Shown here: piece by piece, positions 49,159-59,196 of the stretch
How the letters are laid out: every line of letters starts with the position of its first letter
Position numbering within the stretch: the first letter of the stretch is position 1
Assembly: GCA_963804165.1 (NCBI GenBank)
Contig: CAWDPO010000046.1
Coordinates: 320,001 to 384,000 of the forward strand
From: an uncultured delta proteobacterium
Lineage (GTDB): Bacteria; Desulfobacterota; Binatia; UBA9968
Reading direction: 5' to 3'
DNA length: 64,000 nt
Position numbers and translations under genes: made by a program
Notes under the pieces: generated by a model
What the model saw: the letters and a program-made list of their open reading frames with translations, nothing else
Databases searched by the model: none
What the model was told of the DNA's origin: nothing

Positions 49159-50563
49159 GCATGGATTTCGGAATTTTTGTCGGCGTGGTCACGGTCATTT
49201 ACATCGCGACCCGCCTGCTCCTGGCCATGCTCGTGCGTGATCTGCGCGCTAGGCTCCATGACAACTACCGTTTCATAGGCCCGCTGATCACGCCGCTTCA
49301 TTGGGTGTTGCTGCTGGCGTCGGTTCTCATCGGCATGTCGCTGATCGGGCGCGAAATTGGACGCTTCGTCTTACTTTTCTACTTCGCCATCGCATGGTTC
49401 GCTTTTCGCGCCTTCACGATGATTCTCTTTGAGGGGTGGGTGGTTTGCCACGGTCAAAGGCATCCAGGTGCCGGGCGTGGCGCGGCGCCTCATTTCGGTG
49501 TTGCGGTGGTCGGCGTGATCATCGCCTTGTTCTTCCAGAGTTTCCTGCGAGACCTTTTTCTCGGAACCTCCATGGCTTTGGAAAAGCCGATCCGGGTGGG
49601 CGATTGGGTGTCCGTCGACGGCCATGAAGGGCAGGTGACGGCCGTGGACTGGAAGACCACGACGCTGCGGAGTCGTCAGTACGAGCGCATCGTGGTGCCG
49701 AATCGGCGCATCGCCGAAGGCACGGTGGTTCATCTCGCCGATGAAGACGGCGCCACCACCGAGTGGAGATTTCGGTACCGGCGGACACACCGCCTTCGGC
49801 GGTGCTAGCCGAGCTTGGCTCTGCCGTGGCGGAAGCGCCACACGTCTTGAGCGAGCCGTCGCCCAGGGTTTATTACCGTGGTGAGCAGGCGGACGAAGGG
49901 CGATTTGAAGCGTCATTTTGACTACCCGCCACAACGGACGGTGAAATCGTGAGCTCGGATTTACGCACTGCGATCTGGTATCGCTTGCGCCGCCAAGGCC
50001 TGATCCTTCAGCGCACCACCTTGGAACTCGCAGCGGAGCAATTGCGTCATGCGCTCGCGGGTTTGCCCTTCCTTGCGTCGGCCACGCCGGCGCAGATCGA
50101 CAGCCTCGCGCAGGGCGCTCGCACCGCTCACTATGGCAGGGGCGAGATCCTCTTTCGTCAGAACGATCCGGGGGAGGAACTGTTCCTTATTTTTTCCGGC
50201 ACATTGGATATCTCCGTGCTAGACGGCCGCCGTGTTGAAGAGAAGATCGCATCGGTGGGGGCGGGGAGTTTCGTCGGCGAACGCTCTTTGCTCACGGGCG
50301 AGCCGCGCAGCGCCACGGCGCGCGCTGCCGAGGCATCCACGGTATTTGTGATCGGCAAGCCGGCCATGGGAGAGCTTTTGCGGGAACACCCGGCGCTCGC
50401 CGGAGAGATCGCTCGGATCATGCGGAGCGCGACGAACAGCGGCAGCAGAGAACGCGGGATCTCCAGACCGGCGTTCTCAGTGAAGCCGCCAACTCGATAC
50501 TCCAGCGTATTCGAGCTTTTTCGCCATCGAATAGATGAATTTCTTATGGGGCTCCCTGATTGA
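49155..50563 (+). CDS. MscS-family mechanosensitive channel with C-terminal cNMP-binding domain (several frameshifts)
   Basis: EKPIRVGDWV...G.V..VDWKTT...VPN MscS core; LFRQNDPG...GERSLLTGEPRSAT cNMP domain; true stop may be 50534. Confidence 0.75.
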
Positions 50564-51079
50564 GATGTCCGCGCAATTCGGTTGGCCAGACGTTGGCGCA
50601 AGATCTCCAGTCAGCTCCTTGAGATTGAGCTAATGTGTGGGTCGTCGATTCCGTGATCAAGTCTGGCTCGGCTGGTAACGAATCGGAACGGCGCACCAGC
50701 GAGTTAGGGAGTTGCAGCGTCGACATCTTCGCGCTAAGAAAAGGGAAGGCTGGCATACCTTGCCGCCGTTGAACGAAGAGGCGTGTCGGAGTCGAGAAAT
50801 TTTCATAGAGGCGCAATGACTGTGATGATGCGCGCGATTTTGTAGGCGATCGTCGGAACGATGTTCGGTGTGACGTCGAGCTACGCGGCGGACCGCGATC
50901 GAGCGGGTGGATCAAGTCCGCGAATAAATGGATCGGAACGGGCGGAATGCTTGAAGGCACACGACCGCGGCGCCAATAAAAACAATTGCACACGCGCCGG
51001 CGCGCTGATGGGGTCATCGACGCAATTTAGAGGACGCTCGACAAGAAGCAGCGAAGCTGCATCCGAGGGAGGGGAGCAC

Positions 51080-52331
51080 ATGAGGAAACCAAGCACTTTT
51101 ATTATTCTAGTGGCGGCACTGCTGTTCGCGGCAAGCGCGGCGGCGCAAGTCACCGTTCTCACTCGTGCTACCGTCATCGACGGCACCGGCGCGCCGCCAC
51201 AGAGGGATATCACCCTCGTGATGGAGAAAGGCCGCATCCGCGACATGGGGCCATCGTCGAAAATTCCAACCCCGGCCGGCGCCACCGTACTCGATCTCAC
51301 CGGGAAGTTCATCGTGCCGGGCATCATCAACGCTCACGGCCACGTCGGGGCGAAAACCGAGCCGCAGTTACGTCAGTACGCGCTTTACGGCGTGACCACC
51401 GCGACCAGCATGCAGACCGATCCGGACGAAGTCGTCCAAGTGCGGGAAGCGCAGAAGCGCGGTGAGCTGCGCGGCGCGAGAGTCTCCACGATAAAGTACC
51501 GCTTTGCGCCCGACCCAGAGGTGGTGACGCCGCAGCAGGCGCGCGCCAAGGTCGACCAGACCGTTGCCGCGGGCGCCGATTACATCAAGGTGTGGGTGGA
51601 CGGCGGGTTCGGCACGCGGGCCAAGCTCACGCCCGAGTTCTGCGCCGCCGTCCTCGAGCAGGCGAGAAAGCACGGTAAGCTCACCTTCGGCCACGCCTAT
51701 GAACTCGCCGACGCAAAAATGCTGGTCGAGCGGGGCTTGAATGTCCTTGGCCACAATGTCCGCGACCGGGAGGTGGATTCCGATTTTATCGCCATGCTCA
51801 AGCAGCGCAACGTGACGCTGATTCCGACGTTGATACGCGACGAATTTCTGTTCGCCTACGGCGACGCGCCTTCCTGGATTGACGATCCTTTCTTCCTCAA
51901 GGTTGTGCCGCCGGAGCGCCTCACGGTGCTGAAAACGAAGATCCGTGACGAGCAGGCTAAACACCCGCAGCGCGATCTGTTCAAGGCGGGTTTCGAGATG
52001 AACAAGATCAATCTGAAGAAGCTGTCCGACAGCGGGGTCCGGATCGCCTTTGGCACCGATAGCGGCGGCGCCGCCGACCGCTTCTTCATCCAGGGTTATT
52101 CCGAGCACCGGGAGATGGAGCTGATGGTGCAGGCTGGCCTGACGCCGATGCAGGTAATCCAATCCTTCTCCAAGGGCGCCTCGGAATCTTTGGGCGATCG
52201 ACAAGGAATTCGGCACCCTGGCCAAGGGCAAGACCGCCGATTTGCTCGTGCTGGAGAAAAATCCGCTGGAAAACATCACGAACATGCGGACTATTCAGAC
52301 GATCTATCTGGGCGGCAAGAAATTCGAGTAG
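51080..52331 (+). CDS. Secreted amidohydrolase (imidazolonepropionase-like; frameshift near 52195)
   Basis: Signal peptide, PGIINAHGH, GTDSG; tail GTLAKGKTADLLVLEKNPLENI...GGKKFE* in another frame. Confidence 0.82.
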
Positions 52332-52411
52332 ACGCCGTCTCTCGCTCAGCGGCCCAGAAAGTATCCCATGCCCGAAAGGCCGCATGTTGACCAGCTTGAT
52401 GCGCACGTAAA

Positions 52412-52852
52412 ATGACACCTGAGGAATATATCGAGGGCCGCGTCGACGAACAGATCCATTGGTATAGCGCGAAAAGCCGATCGAATCAGATTTGGTTTAG
52501 AGTGCTTCGCCTCTTTGAGATTGCGTTTGCGAGCGCGAGCCCATTTCTGGTCAGTCAGATCACGGCAGATACACCTGCACTGAAGATCATCGTCGGTTCC
52601 ATGGGCGTATGCGTTGCCGTTATCGCCGGAATTGTCTCGTTATACAGATTCCAAGAGAACTGGATCGAGTATCGAGCTACGGCGGAGAGTCTCAAACACG
52701 AAAAGTTCCTGTTCTTGACGAAGAGCCCGCCATACGACGGCGAGAACTCTTTTCACGCTTTCGTCAGCAACGTTGAATCGCGAATTTCCAAGGAGAATAC
52801 CAACTGGTCCGGTTCCGTGCGTGAGAAATCCAACACGGGAAGTCGAGAATAA
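52412..52852 (+). CDS. DUF4231 / SLATT-like two-TM protein
   Basis: Y...R...QI.WY..KS..NQ, two TM helices, FQENWIEYRATAESLKHEK.LFL...PY. Confidence 0.82.
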   Translation: MTPEEYIEGRVDEQIHWYSAKSRSNQIWFRVLRLFEIAFASASPFLVSQITADTPALKIIVGSMGVCVAVIAGIVSLYRFQENWIEYRATAESLKHEKFLFLTKSPPYDGENSFHAFVSNVESRISKENTNWSGSVREKSNTGSRE

Positions 52853-52977
52853 GAAGCAGTGGACATGACACCAAATTGTTTTGCGCGGCGGGCGTCCACA
52901 AGTCTCAAAATCGGAGTGATCCTGGCTGGCGTTCGCATCAGAGCTGAAATCACGCTCTCGCGGAGTGTTCCGTTCTT

Positions 52978-53955
52978 TTGTTTATTGCTTCACTTGGCGA
53001 CGCCGTTCTCGTCGAAGGCGCTGAGTCTCCGGCGCTCGAGCGCATGAACTTTGGGTACAGCGCCGCGGGTACCGTTGCCACGGCGCCGCTGTGGATTACC
53101 CAGGACAGCGGCGTGTTCAAGAAACACGGATTCGACGTGAAACCGATCTATATGGCGGGCGGATTGGCGCCGGTGGCGATCATGGCCGGCGAAGTGCAAT
53201 TTGCGATCATGTCCGGCGGAGTAATGATCCCGCCCGTGCTCAAGGGCGCGGATCTGGTCATGATCGTCGGCTTGAGTAATTACATCAATCAATCTTTGGT
53301 CGTAGCGCCGGAGATCACGGATGCGAAGCAGCTAAAAGGCAAGCGCATCGCGATTCAGCGCCTCGGCGATCTCACCCACATCGCCGCCCGGGAGGCCGTC
53401 AAGCATTTGGGCCTGGCCGAATCGGACTTGCAATACCAGCAGATCGGCGGCGTGCCGACACGATTCGCGGCGATGCAGAGCGCCAACACGCAAGGCGCCG
53501 TCTTGTCTCCGCCCTACGTCGGGCGCGCGCGGCGACTGGGTTACCGCATCATGGTCAATCTCCATGAGCTCAGAATTCCTTTCGCGGGTTCCAGCGTGGT
53601 GACGACGCGGCAGCTGATTGCCAGCCGTCGCCCGATGGTGCTGAATCTGCTCAAGGGATTCGTCGAAGGCGTTCATTTCTATAAACGCGAGCGCGAAGCT
53701 TCGATCCGGATCATCGAGCGCTATATTCCGGGCGCCGCGAAGGATGAGTTGAGCGAAGCGATCGATCACTATCAGCGCGACCTGGAAGATCGTCCCTATC
53801 CGCGGCCCGAAGGGATCAAGACCGCGCTCGACCTTTACGCGCAGCAGAATCCAGCTGCAAAAGGCGTCGATCCCGAGCGTTTCATCGATCAGTCTCTTCT
53901 GCGCGAGTTGGAGCGCAGCGGATTTTTCGCCACGCTTGCAAGCGGCGCAAAGTGA
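52978..53955 (+). CDS. ABC transporter substrate-binding protein (SsuA/NMT1-like)
   Basis: GVFKKHGFDV, LKGKRIA; start and signal peptide uncertain. Confidence 0.82.
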   Translation: MFIASLGDAVLVEGAESPALERMNFGYSAAGTVATAPLWITQDSGVFKKHGFDVKPIYMAGGLAPVAIMAGEVQFAIMSGGVMIPPVLKGADLVMIVGLSNYINQSLVVAPEITDAKQLKGKRIAIQRLGDLTHIAAREAVKHLGLAESDLQYQQIGGVPTRFAAMQSANTQGAVLSPPYVGRARRLGYRIMVNLHELRIPFAGSSVVTTRQLIASRRPMVLNLLKGFVEGVHFYKREREASIRIIERYIPGAAKDELSEAIDHYQRDLEDRPYPRPEGIKTALDLYAQQNPAAKGVDPERFIDQSLLRELERSGFFATLASGAK

Positions 53956-54038
53956 TTCGCCACAAAGACCGGGCGACGAGGTCTCGGGAAAATTTTCACC
54001 ACAGAGACGCGGAGTTCACAGAGGGTTAGGAATCACAT

Positions 54039-55034
54039 ATGACCTTACGAACAGTTAAGCCGCTCTTCGTTCTTGTTGCGCTGCTTGTGTCCGATCGCGG
54101 GGTCGTTCATGCGGCGACGGCGCTCGCCAAAGTTCTCGTCACGACGGGTTCCTCGAGTGAGCGGGAAGGGGCGCTGTACGTTGCGCAAGATCAGGGGTAC
54201 TTCCGCAAGTACGGCCTCGACGTCACTTTAGTGCAGGTGCGCAACGGTCCCGTCGGCATGGCGGCGCTCAGCTCCGGGGAGTCGCTACTTCATTGGGGCT
54301 CGGTTTCGGCGGCCAACCTCGGTGCGATCGCCGAGGGGGCCGATTTAGTCTTTGTCGCCGGCTTTATCAATAAACTGACCGGCACGTTTGCGGCTAACCC
54401 GAAGATCAAAGCCCCGATGGAGTTGAAGGGCAAGAGTTTGGGCGTCAACAGCCTGAGTGGCGGCACCTGGATTTTCACCATGCTTGCGCTCGATCACTGG
54501 GGTCTCTCGCCCGAGCGCGACAAGATACAAATCAGGGCGCTGGGAGACAATTCGGTGGTCTCGCAGGCCCTGTTGGCCGGCAACGTCGACGGCGCCTATC
54601 TGAGTTACACCTATGCCAAGATCGTGCAGAACAAAGGCTTCCGCGTGCTCGCCGATTTAGAGAAGTTACCGATCGCGTATCAGGGTACGGGAATCATAAC
54701 CCGGCGCAGCACCATCGCATCGTCGCCGGCGCCGGTCGAAAGTGTCATCAAAGGATTGCTCGACGGCGTGACGTTCATTCGTATTCCGGAAAACAAGGCG
54801 CAGGTTATAAAAAGTCTGGCCAAGGGACTCCGTCTAAAGCGCATCGAAGACGCGGAGGAAGGATATCAAAGCATGCTCGGCCTCTACGAGAAAAAAATCT
54901 CCCCCAGCGTCGACGGTGTGCGCAACGTCATCCGCCTCCTCGGCGCCGGCAACGAAAGGATACGACGCCTCAAAGCGGAGGATTTGGTGGACGATAGCGT
55001 TGTGCGAAGATTAGAACGAGAGGGGCGGTTTTAA
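54039..55034 (+). CDS. ABC transporter substrate-binding protein (SsuA/NMT1-like)
   Basis: Signal peptide, GYFRKYGLDV, LKGKSLG. Confidence 0.85.
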   Translation: MTLRTVKPLFVLVALLVSDRGVVHAATALAKVLVTTGSSSEREGALYVAQDQGYFRKYGLDVTLVQVRNGPVGMAALSSGESLLHWGSVSAANLGAIAEGADLVFVAGFINKLTGTFAANPKIKAPMELKGKSLGVNSLSGGTWIFTMLALDHWGLSPERDKIQIRALGDNSVVSQALLAGNVDGAYLSYTYAKIVQNKGFRVLADLEKLPIAYQGTGIITRRSTIASSPAPVESVIKGLLDGVTFIRIPENKAQVIKSLAKGLRLKRIEDAEEGYQSMLGLYEKKISPSVDGVRNVIRLLGAGNERIRRLKAEDLVDDSVVRRLEREGRF

Positions 55035-55203
55035 CTCTTGCTCGAAATAATGATCCTGTCACTTCATGAACCACGTTGGTTACATCGCGCTGATGGATAA
55101 CGAGCAGGGCGGTCAACATCGACAGTTAGCCCAATAGGTCAATACGAATACCTGACGATGACCCGCATGCCGCAAGGCATGCCGGAGAAACCGGGAGGAA
55201 ACG

Positions 55204-56685
55204 ATGAAGAGAACAATTAGGTTTGTCGTAGCGGTAATCTTCGCACTATGTTCCCAGGCTTTGGCGTCTTCGGCGGAACTTTCCAGCGAGAATCAAGCGA
55301 AGCTGATCAAGGGTATCGATTCCTATGCGTCACGAATGTCGGACGTCGCGCTCAAGATTTGGTCCACTCCCGAGCTCGGCTATCAAGAGAGCAAAACCTC
55401 CGCGCTTCTCCAAGACGAACTCAAGAAGGCGGGCTTCAAGGTCGAGGCAGGAGTCGCCGGCATCCCCACCGCCTTTATCGCCCGCGCCGGCACGGGCGAC
55501 GGTCCGGTGATCGCGATTCTCGCAGAAATCGACGCGTTGCCCGGCATGTCGCAAGCCGCCACACCGGAACGTAAGCCGATCCCGGATCAACTGGCCGGTC
55601 ACGCCTGCGGTCACCATTTATTCGGTTCGGGCTCAGTGGCCGCGGCGATCGCTATCAAGAACTGGCTCGCCGAGAGCGGCACCAAGGGACAGATTCGCCT
55701 TTATGGCACGCCGGCGGAGGAAGGCGGCGGAGGCAAGGTCTACATGGCGCGTGCGGGACTTTTCAAGGATGTCGACGTGACGCTTTACTGGCATCCGGGG
55801 GACGCGAACAATGCCTCTCAGGATCGTAATCTGGCGAACACCAGCGCAAAGTTCCGTTTCCATGGTGTAGCCTCGCACGCGGCGGTTGCTCCCGATCGCG
55901 GCCGTTCCGCGCTCGATGCGGTCGAGGCGATGAACTTCATGGTCAACTCCATGCGTGAGCATGTTCCTCAAGACGCGCGCATTCATTACGTGATCACCAA
56001 TGGCGGCGCGGCGCCGAACATCGTGCCTGAATTCGCCGAGTCCTACTATTATGTGCGCCACCCCGATCCGCGCGTCGTCGCGGAAGTGTTCGAGCGCGTC
56101 AGGAAGGCTGCCGAAGGTGCAGCGCTCGGCACCGGGACGACTTTTGATTATGAGCTGATCAACGGGGTCTACAGCATCTTGCCCAACGACGTGCTGGGTC
56201 GAGTCATGGACTCCAGCCTTCGTCGGATCGGCGCGCCCACCTGGACGGCTGAAGAGATCGCTTTCGCCGAGAAGCTTCAGAAGACGCTTCCAGGGAAAAA
56301 TCTGCCGCCGCTGACGAGCGCAAAGGAAATCCGTAAATACCAATTCAATGCACAGAAGTATTCGTCCACCGATTCCGGCGACGTGAGCTGGGTCACGCCC
56401 TTGGCGACACTCAATACCGCCACCTGGGTTCCCGGAACATCGGCGCATACTTGGCAAGCGACGGCCGCGGGCGGGATGAGCATCGGACTGAAGGGGATGG
56501 TAGTCGCAGCCAAAACCCTCGCACTTGCGGTGGCGCAGCTGTACACCAGCCCTGATCTGATCGCGGCTGCCAAGGCCGAGTTCGATAAGAGCCGCGGTCC
56601 GGGCTTCGTCTACAAGTCGCTTGTTGGCGATCGGTCGCCACCGTTGGGTTATCGAAACGCATCAAGCGGCGCAGACCCGGGATGA
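55204..56685 (+). CDS. M20 amidohydrolase (p-aminobenzoyl-glutamate hydrolase AbgB-like), exported
   Basis: PELGYQE, EIDALPG, HACGH, PAEEGG, STDSGDVSW; signal peptide. Confidence 0.87.
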   Translation: MKRTIRFVVAVIFALCSQALASSAELSSENQAKLIKGIDSYASRMSDVALKIWSTPELGYQESKTSALLQDELKKAGFKVEAGVAGIPTAFIARAGTGDGPVIAILAEIDALPGMSQAATPERKPIPDQLAGHACGHHLFGSGSVAAAIAIKNWLAESGTKGQIRLYGTPAEEGGGGKVYMARAGLFKDVDVTLYWHPGDANNASQDRNLANTSAKFRFHGVASHAAVAPDRGRSALDAVEAMNFMVNSMREHVPQDARIHYVITNGGAAPNIVPEFAESYYYVRHPDPRVVAEVFERVRKAAEGAALGTGTTFDYELINGVYSILPNDVLGRVMDSSLRRIGAPTWTAEEIAFAEKLQKTLPGKNLPPLTSAKEIRKYQFNAQKYSSTDSGDVSWVTPLATLNTATWVPGTSAHTWQATAAGGMSIGLKGMVVAAKTLALAVAQLYTSPDLIAAAKAEFDKSRGPGFVYKSLVGDRSPPLGYRNASSGADPG

Positions 56686-56961
56686 GCGAAGCAAAGACTG
56701 GCGCATCTTCGGCGCGGAAATGGATGCCGCGCAAAAAGCATTGCCAGACGCCCCGGCGAAGCCCGCGCCATAACGAAGATGCGCGATGTTGGAGATGTTG
56801 GAATAGATGAAGCGAAAGTGAAAAACTGGAGTCCGACGTGCGAAACTCGCTCGAACCCCTTTTCTCCGTATGGTTTAGTAGAGTTAGGTAAGTCAGACAC
56901 CGATTGATGGTTCTCCGCGACATAGGCGCGCGGGCGATTCTCGTACACTAGCAGGAAGAAA

Positions 56962-57384
56962 ATGGTTCGCCTAAAGCCGAACACGATTCGCCTGCTTGGA
57001 CGACTTCACGTATGTTTATGGAAGCTATGCGGGGGAAAACTAGAGAACGCGTTTGGAAGACTACCGTTCATGATGCTCACCACGACGGGTCGGAAGACAG
57101 GCCAGCGCAGAACAACACCGGTTCTCTATCTCCAAGATGAAACGGGCCTCATTGTTATCGCCTCTTTCGGGGGAAATGACATGCATCCGGCATGGTACCT
57201 CAATCTTGAGCAATGTCCGCGAGCCGAAGTCATCGTAAGGGGTGAGCACCGGAGGGTTTTGGCACGCAGGCTCTCGCCCGAGGAGAAAAAGTTGATCTGG
57301 CCTCGGTTGGTGCAGTTATACCCTCAGTTCAAAACCTATCAACAACGAACCCGTCGAGAGATTCCGTTGATGAGGCTAATGTAA
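56962..57384 (+). CDS. Deazaflavin (F420)-dependent nitroreductase family protein (DDN-like)
   Basis: LTTTGRKTG..R.TP, ASFGG...HPAWYLNL, YQQRT.REIP. Confidence 0.85.
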   Translation: MVRLKPNTIRLLGRLHVCLWKLCGGKLENAFGRLPFMMLTTTGRKTGQRRTTPVLYLQDETGLIVIASFGGNDMHPAWYLNLEQCPRAEVIVRGEHRRVLARRLSPEEKKLIWPRLVQLYPQFKTYQQRTRREIPLMRLM

Positions 57385-57633
57385 TTCGTGATGGATAGGC
57401 GCACCTCCACTGGTCGATTTTCATATTTTTCTCCGAGCTCGGTTTATCCTTTGGGCGAACCCAATTTAGGCGAGTTAGGCAGGTCAGGGACCGGTAGTAC
57501 GCGCGCACTTGACGCGCGTTTAACTGGCGAGGCTGTTTCCAACAAGCATCGTTACGTGTTTGGAAGTCTTGGACTTGTCTTTTTTTACGATCTGGGTAAG
57601 GACATTTTAATCTGCACTCTCGTTTACGCAAAA

Positions 57634-57665
57634 ATCAACTACCCCGCAGCAAGCTGCGGGGTATC
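57634..57665. repeat. Hairpin resembling an IS200/IS605-family end
   Basis: ATCAACTACCCCGCAGC-AA-GCTGCGGGGTATC perfect 11-bp stem; no transposase nearby. Confidence 0.5.
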
Positions 57666-57700
57666 GACAGATTATTACGAATAACACATATCCCTGCCGC

Positions 57701-58789
57701 TCAACGGGAACCTTGAACGCTGAATGGCTTTTGCGCAAACGGTAAAAAAGCAGTGCTACCGCTGAGGTCACAGACTTCGTCCGCGGGGTCGGCGCCGCCG
57801 CCGGTGGCGGCGCCCCAAAAGTTGTTGGTTGCCGTGATAGAGTTACCGGATGAGTTGAGCAGCCCGCAGTTGGTCGGTCCACTTTGTACAGGCAGAACGC
57901 CATTACCAAAGATGTTGCTTCCTCCAATGCTTGCCGTCGCGCCCTGACCAATGAGAATGCCGACGTCCGCATTTCCGACTGCGGAGTTGGACTTCAGGTT
58001 GGCGCCGCCGCTAAAGACATGAAAGCCTACCCCGTTTGCCGTCGAGACGTTGTTTTCGATTGTGTGGCTCTGCCCCCCAAGAACAAGGAAACCTTCGCCG
58101 TTGTTCCCTATGGCCGCATTAGCCCGGAAGATGTGCGATTGACCGAACATTTCGAAGCCGTGCCCGTTATTAGCGACGGCGACGTTACGACTAAGAACGT
58201 TTTGACTGCCGAAAATGGAAAAGCCCCCGGCGTTGCCACTGGATCGGTTGCCCGTAATGATGACACGGGTCGCGGCCGTGACAAGCCCGTTGTTGCGAGG
58301 CGCGCCCGTCAATGTGAAGCCGTGGTCAACACGGCCAAAGACCGCGCCGTTGGCGGTGATTCGAACCACTGCCGCAGACTGTTCTGAGGTAAAAAAGTTT
58401 CTGGCGTCCACCACAGTCGCTGCCGCGCCATGAGTGGATTGAATCGCGACCGCCTTGTCGACTTTGAGTACGCACCCACAACCGAAATTGATTTCGCCGG
58501 TCTCTTCCCCGGTTTCACCCAGGATGCCGTCGCCGTCGAGATCGCCATAGCGTCCAGGGCCGACGAGAATCTCATCGCCGGCGCTGGCGTTGAAAATCGC
58601 CTGGCTTATGGAGCGACACGGAGCGCTCGGGCTCCCGCAGAAGACGCTGTCCACGCCATTATTTTGGACATGCAACGCCTTCTTGGCGCTAGCCGTATGT
58701 GCAGTTCCCACCGTGAGCACTACAACTGCCAGCATCATTAGGGAAATAGGCAATCCTTGCGATTTGACTCCTCTGAGGTGTGTCATCAT
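57701..58789 (-). CDS. Secreted right-handed parallel beta-helix protein (pectin lyase/NosD-like)
   Basis: Signal peptide, PCRSISQA..AGD.I.VGPG.Y, repeated N...N...GF units, NNFWG. Confidence 0.78.
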   Translation of the reverse strand: MMTHLRGVKSQGLPISLMMLAVVVLTVGTAHTASAKKALHVQNNGVDSVFCGSPSAPCRSISQAIFNASAGDEILVGPGRYGDLDGDGILGETGEETGEINFGCGCVLKVDKAVAIQSTHGAAATVVDARNFFTSEQSAAVVRITANGAVFGRVDHGFTLTGAPRNNGLVTAATRVIITGNRSSGNAGGFSIFGSQNVLSRNVAVANNGHGFEMFGQSHIFRANAAIGNNGEGFLVLGGQSHTIENNVSTANGVGFHVFSGGANLKSNSAVGNADVGILIGQGATASIGGSNIFGNGVLPVQSGPTNCGLLNSSGNSITATNNFWGAATGGGADPADEVCDLSGSTAFLPFAQKPFSVQGSR

Positions 58790-59196
58790 GACTCCTTGAG
58801 ATTGAGTTGTTCATTCTTCCATCGTGAAACTTCTATCCGTTCCTTCGAAGCAAAATTGACCGATGGAAATTTTCGTGGTTATCCGCATCGGCCGCATCAT
58901 TGTCGATCCTGAAATTTGTATCCAACTTGTCGGAGGAGGCTTGGCTTTCTAGCCCGGAGGAGATGATGCGCCTTTGATTACCGCGTTAAGACGCATGCTC
59001 GGCGGTAGGGCTAACGATCACTGTGCCGGAACCTGGCTTCGATCAACTGGAACATCCTTTTCCCAATTTCGCGAGTGGCCGCATCCGCTCCAGCGGATGG
59101 ACGAACTCGCGACTTTGCTCACGTACGTAATACGGATCGCTACGTGGGGTTCGCCGACGACACTTGGCAAACGCAACCGCGTAACCGTCCGACGAA

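Noticed and set aside
50564-51070. About 500-bp gap with weak ORFs; also gaps at 23640-23945 and 57388-57630
   Set aside because: No recognisable protein motif, RNA structure or repeat; left unannotated
40957-52285. Long minus-strand ORFs at 40957-41943, 44038-44949, 44793-45632 and 51368-52285
   Set aside because: All lie opposite well-supported plus-strand genes and show no motifs
55137-55195. Hammerhead-like words GGTC...CTGACGA...GAAACC
   Set aside because: Stem I cannot pair and the base of stem II is mismatched; probably coincidental
58931-58965. Possible right end of an IS605-like element (GGAGGCTTGGCTTTCTAGCCCGGAGGAG)
   Set aside because: Hairpin too degenerate to support
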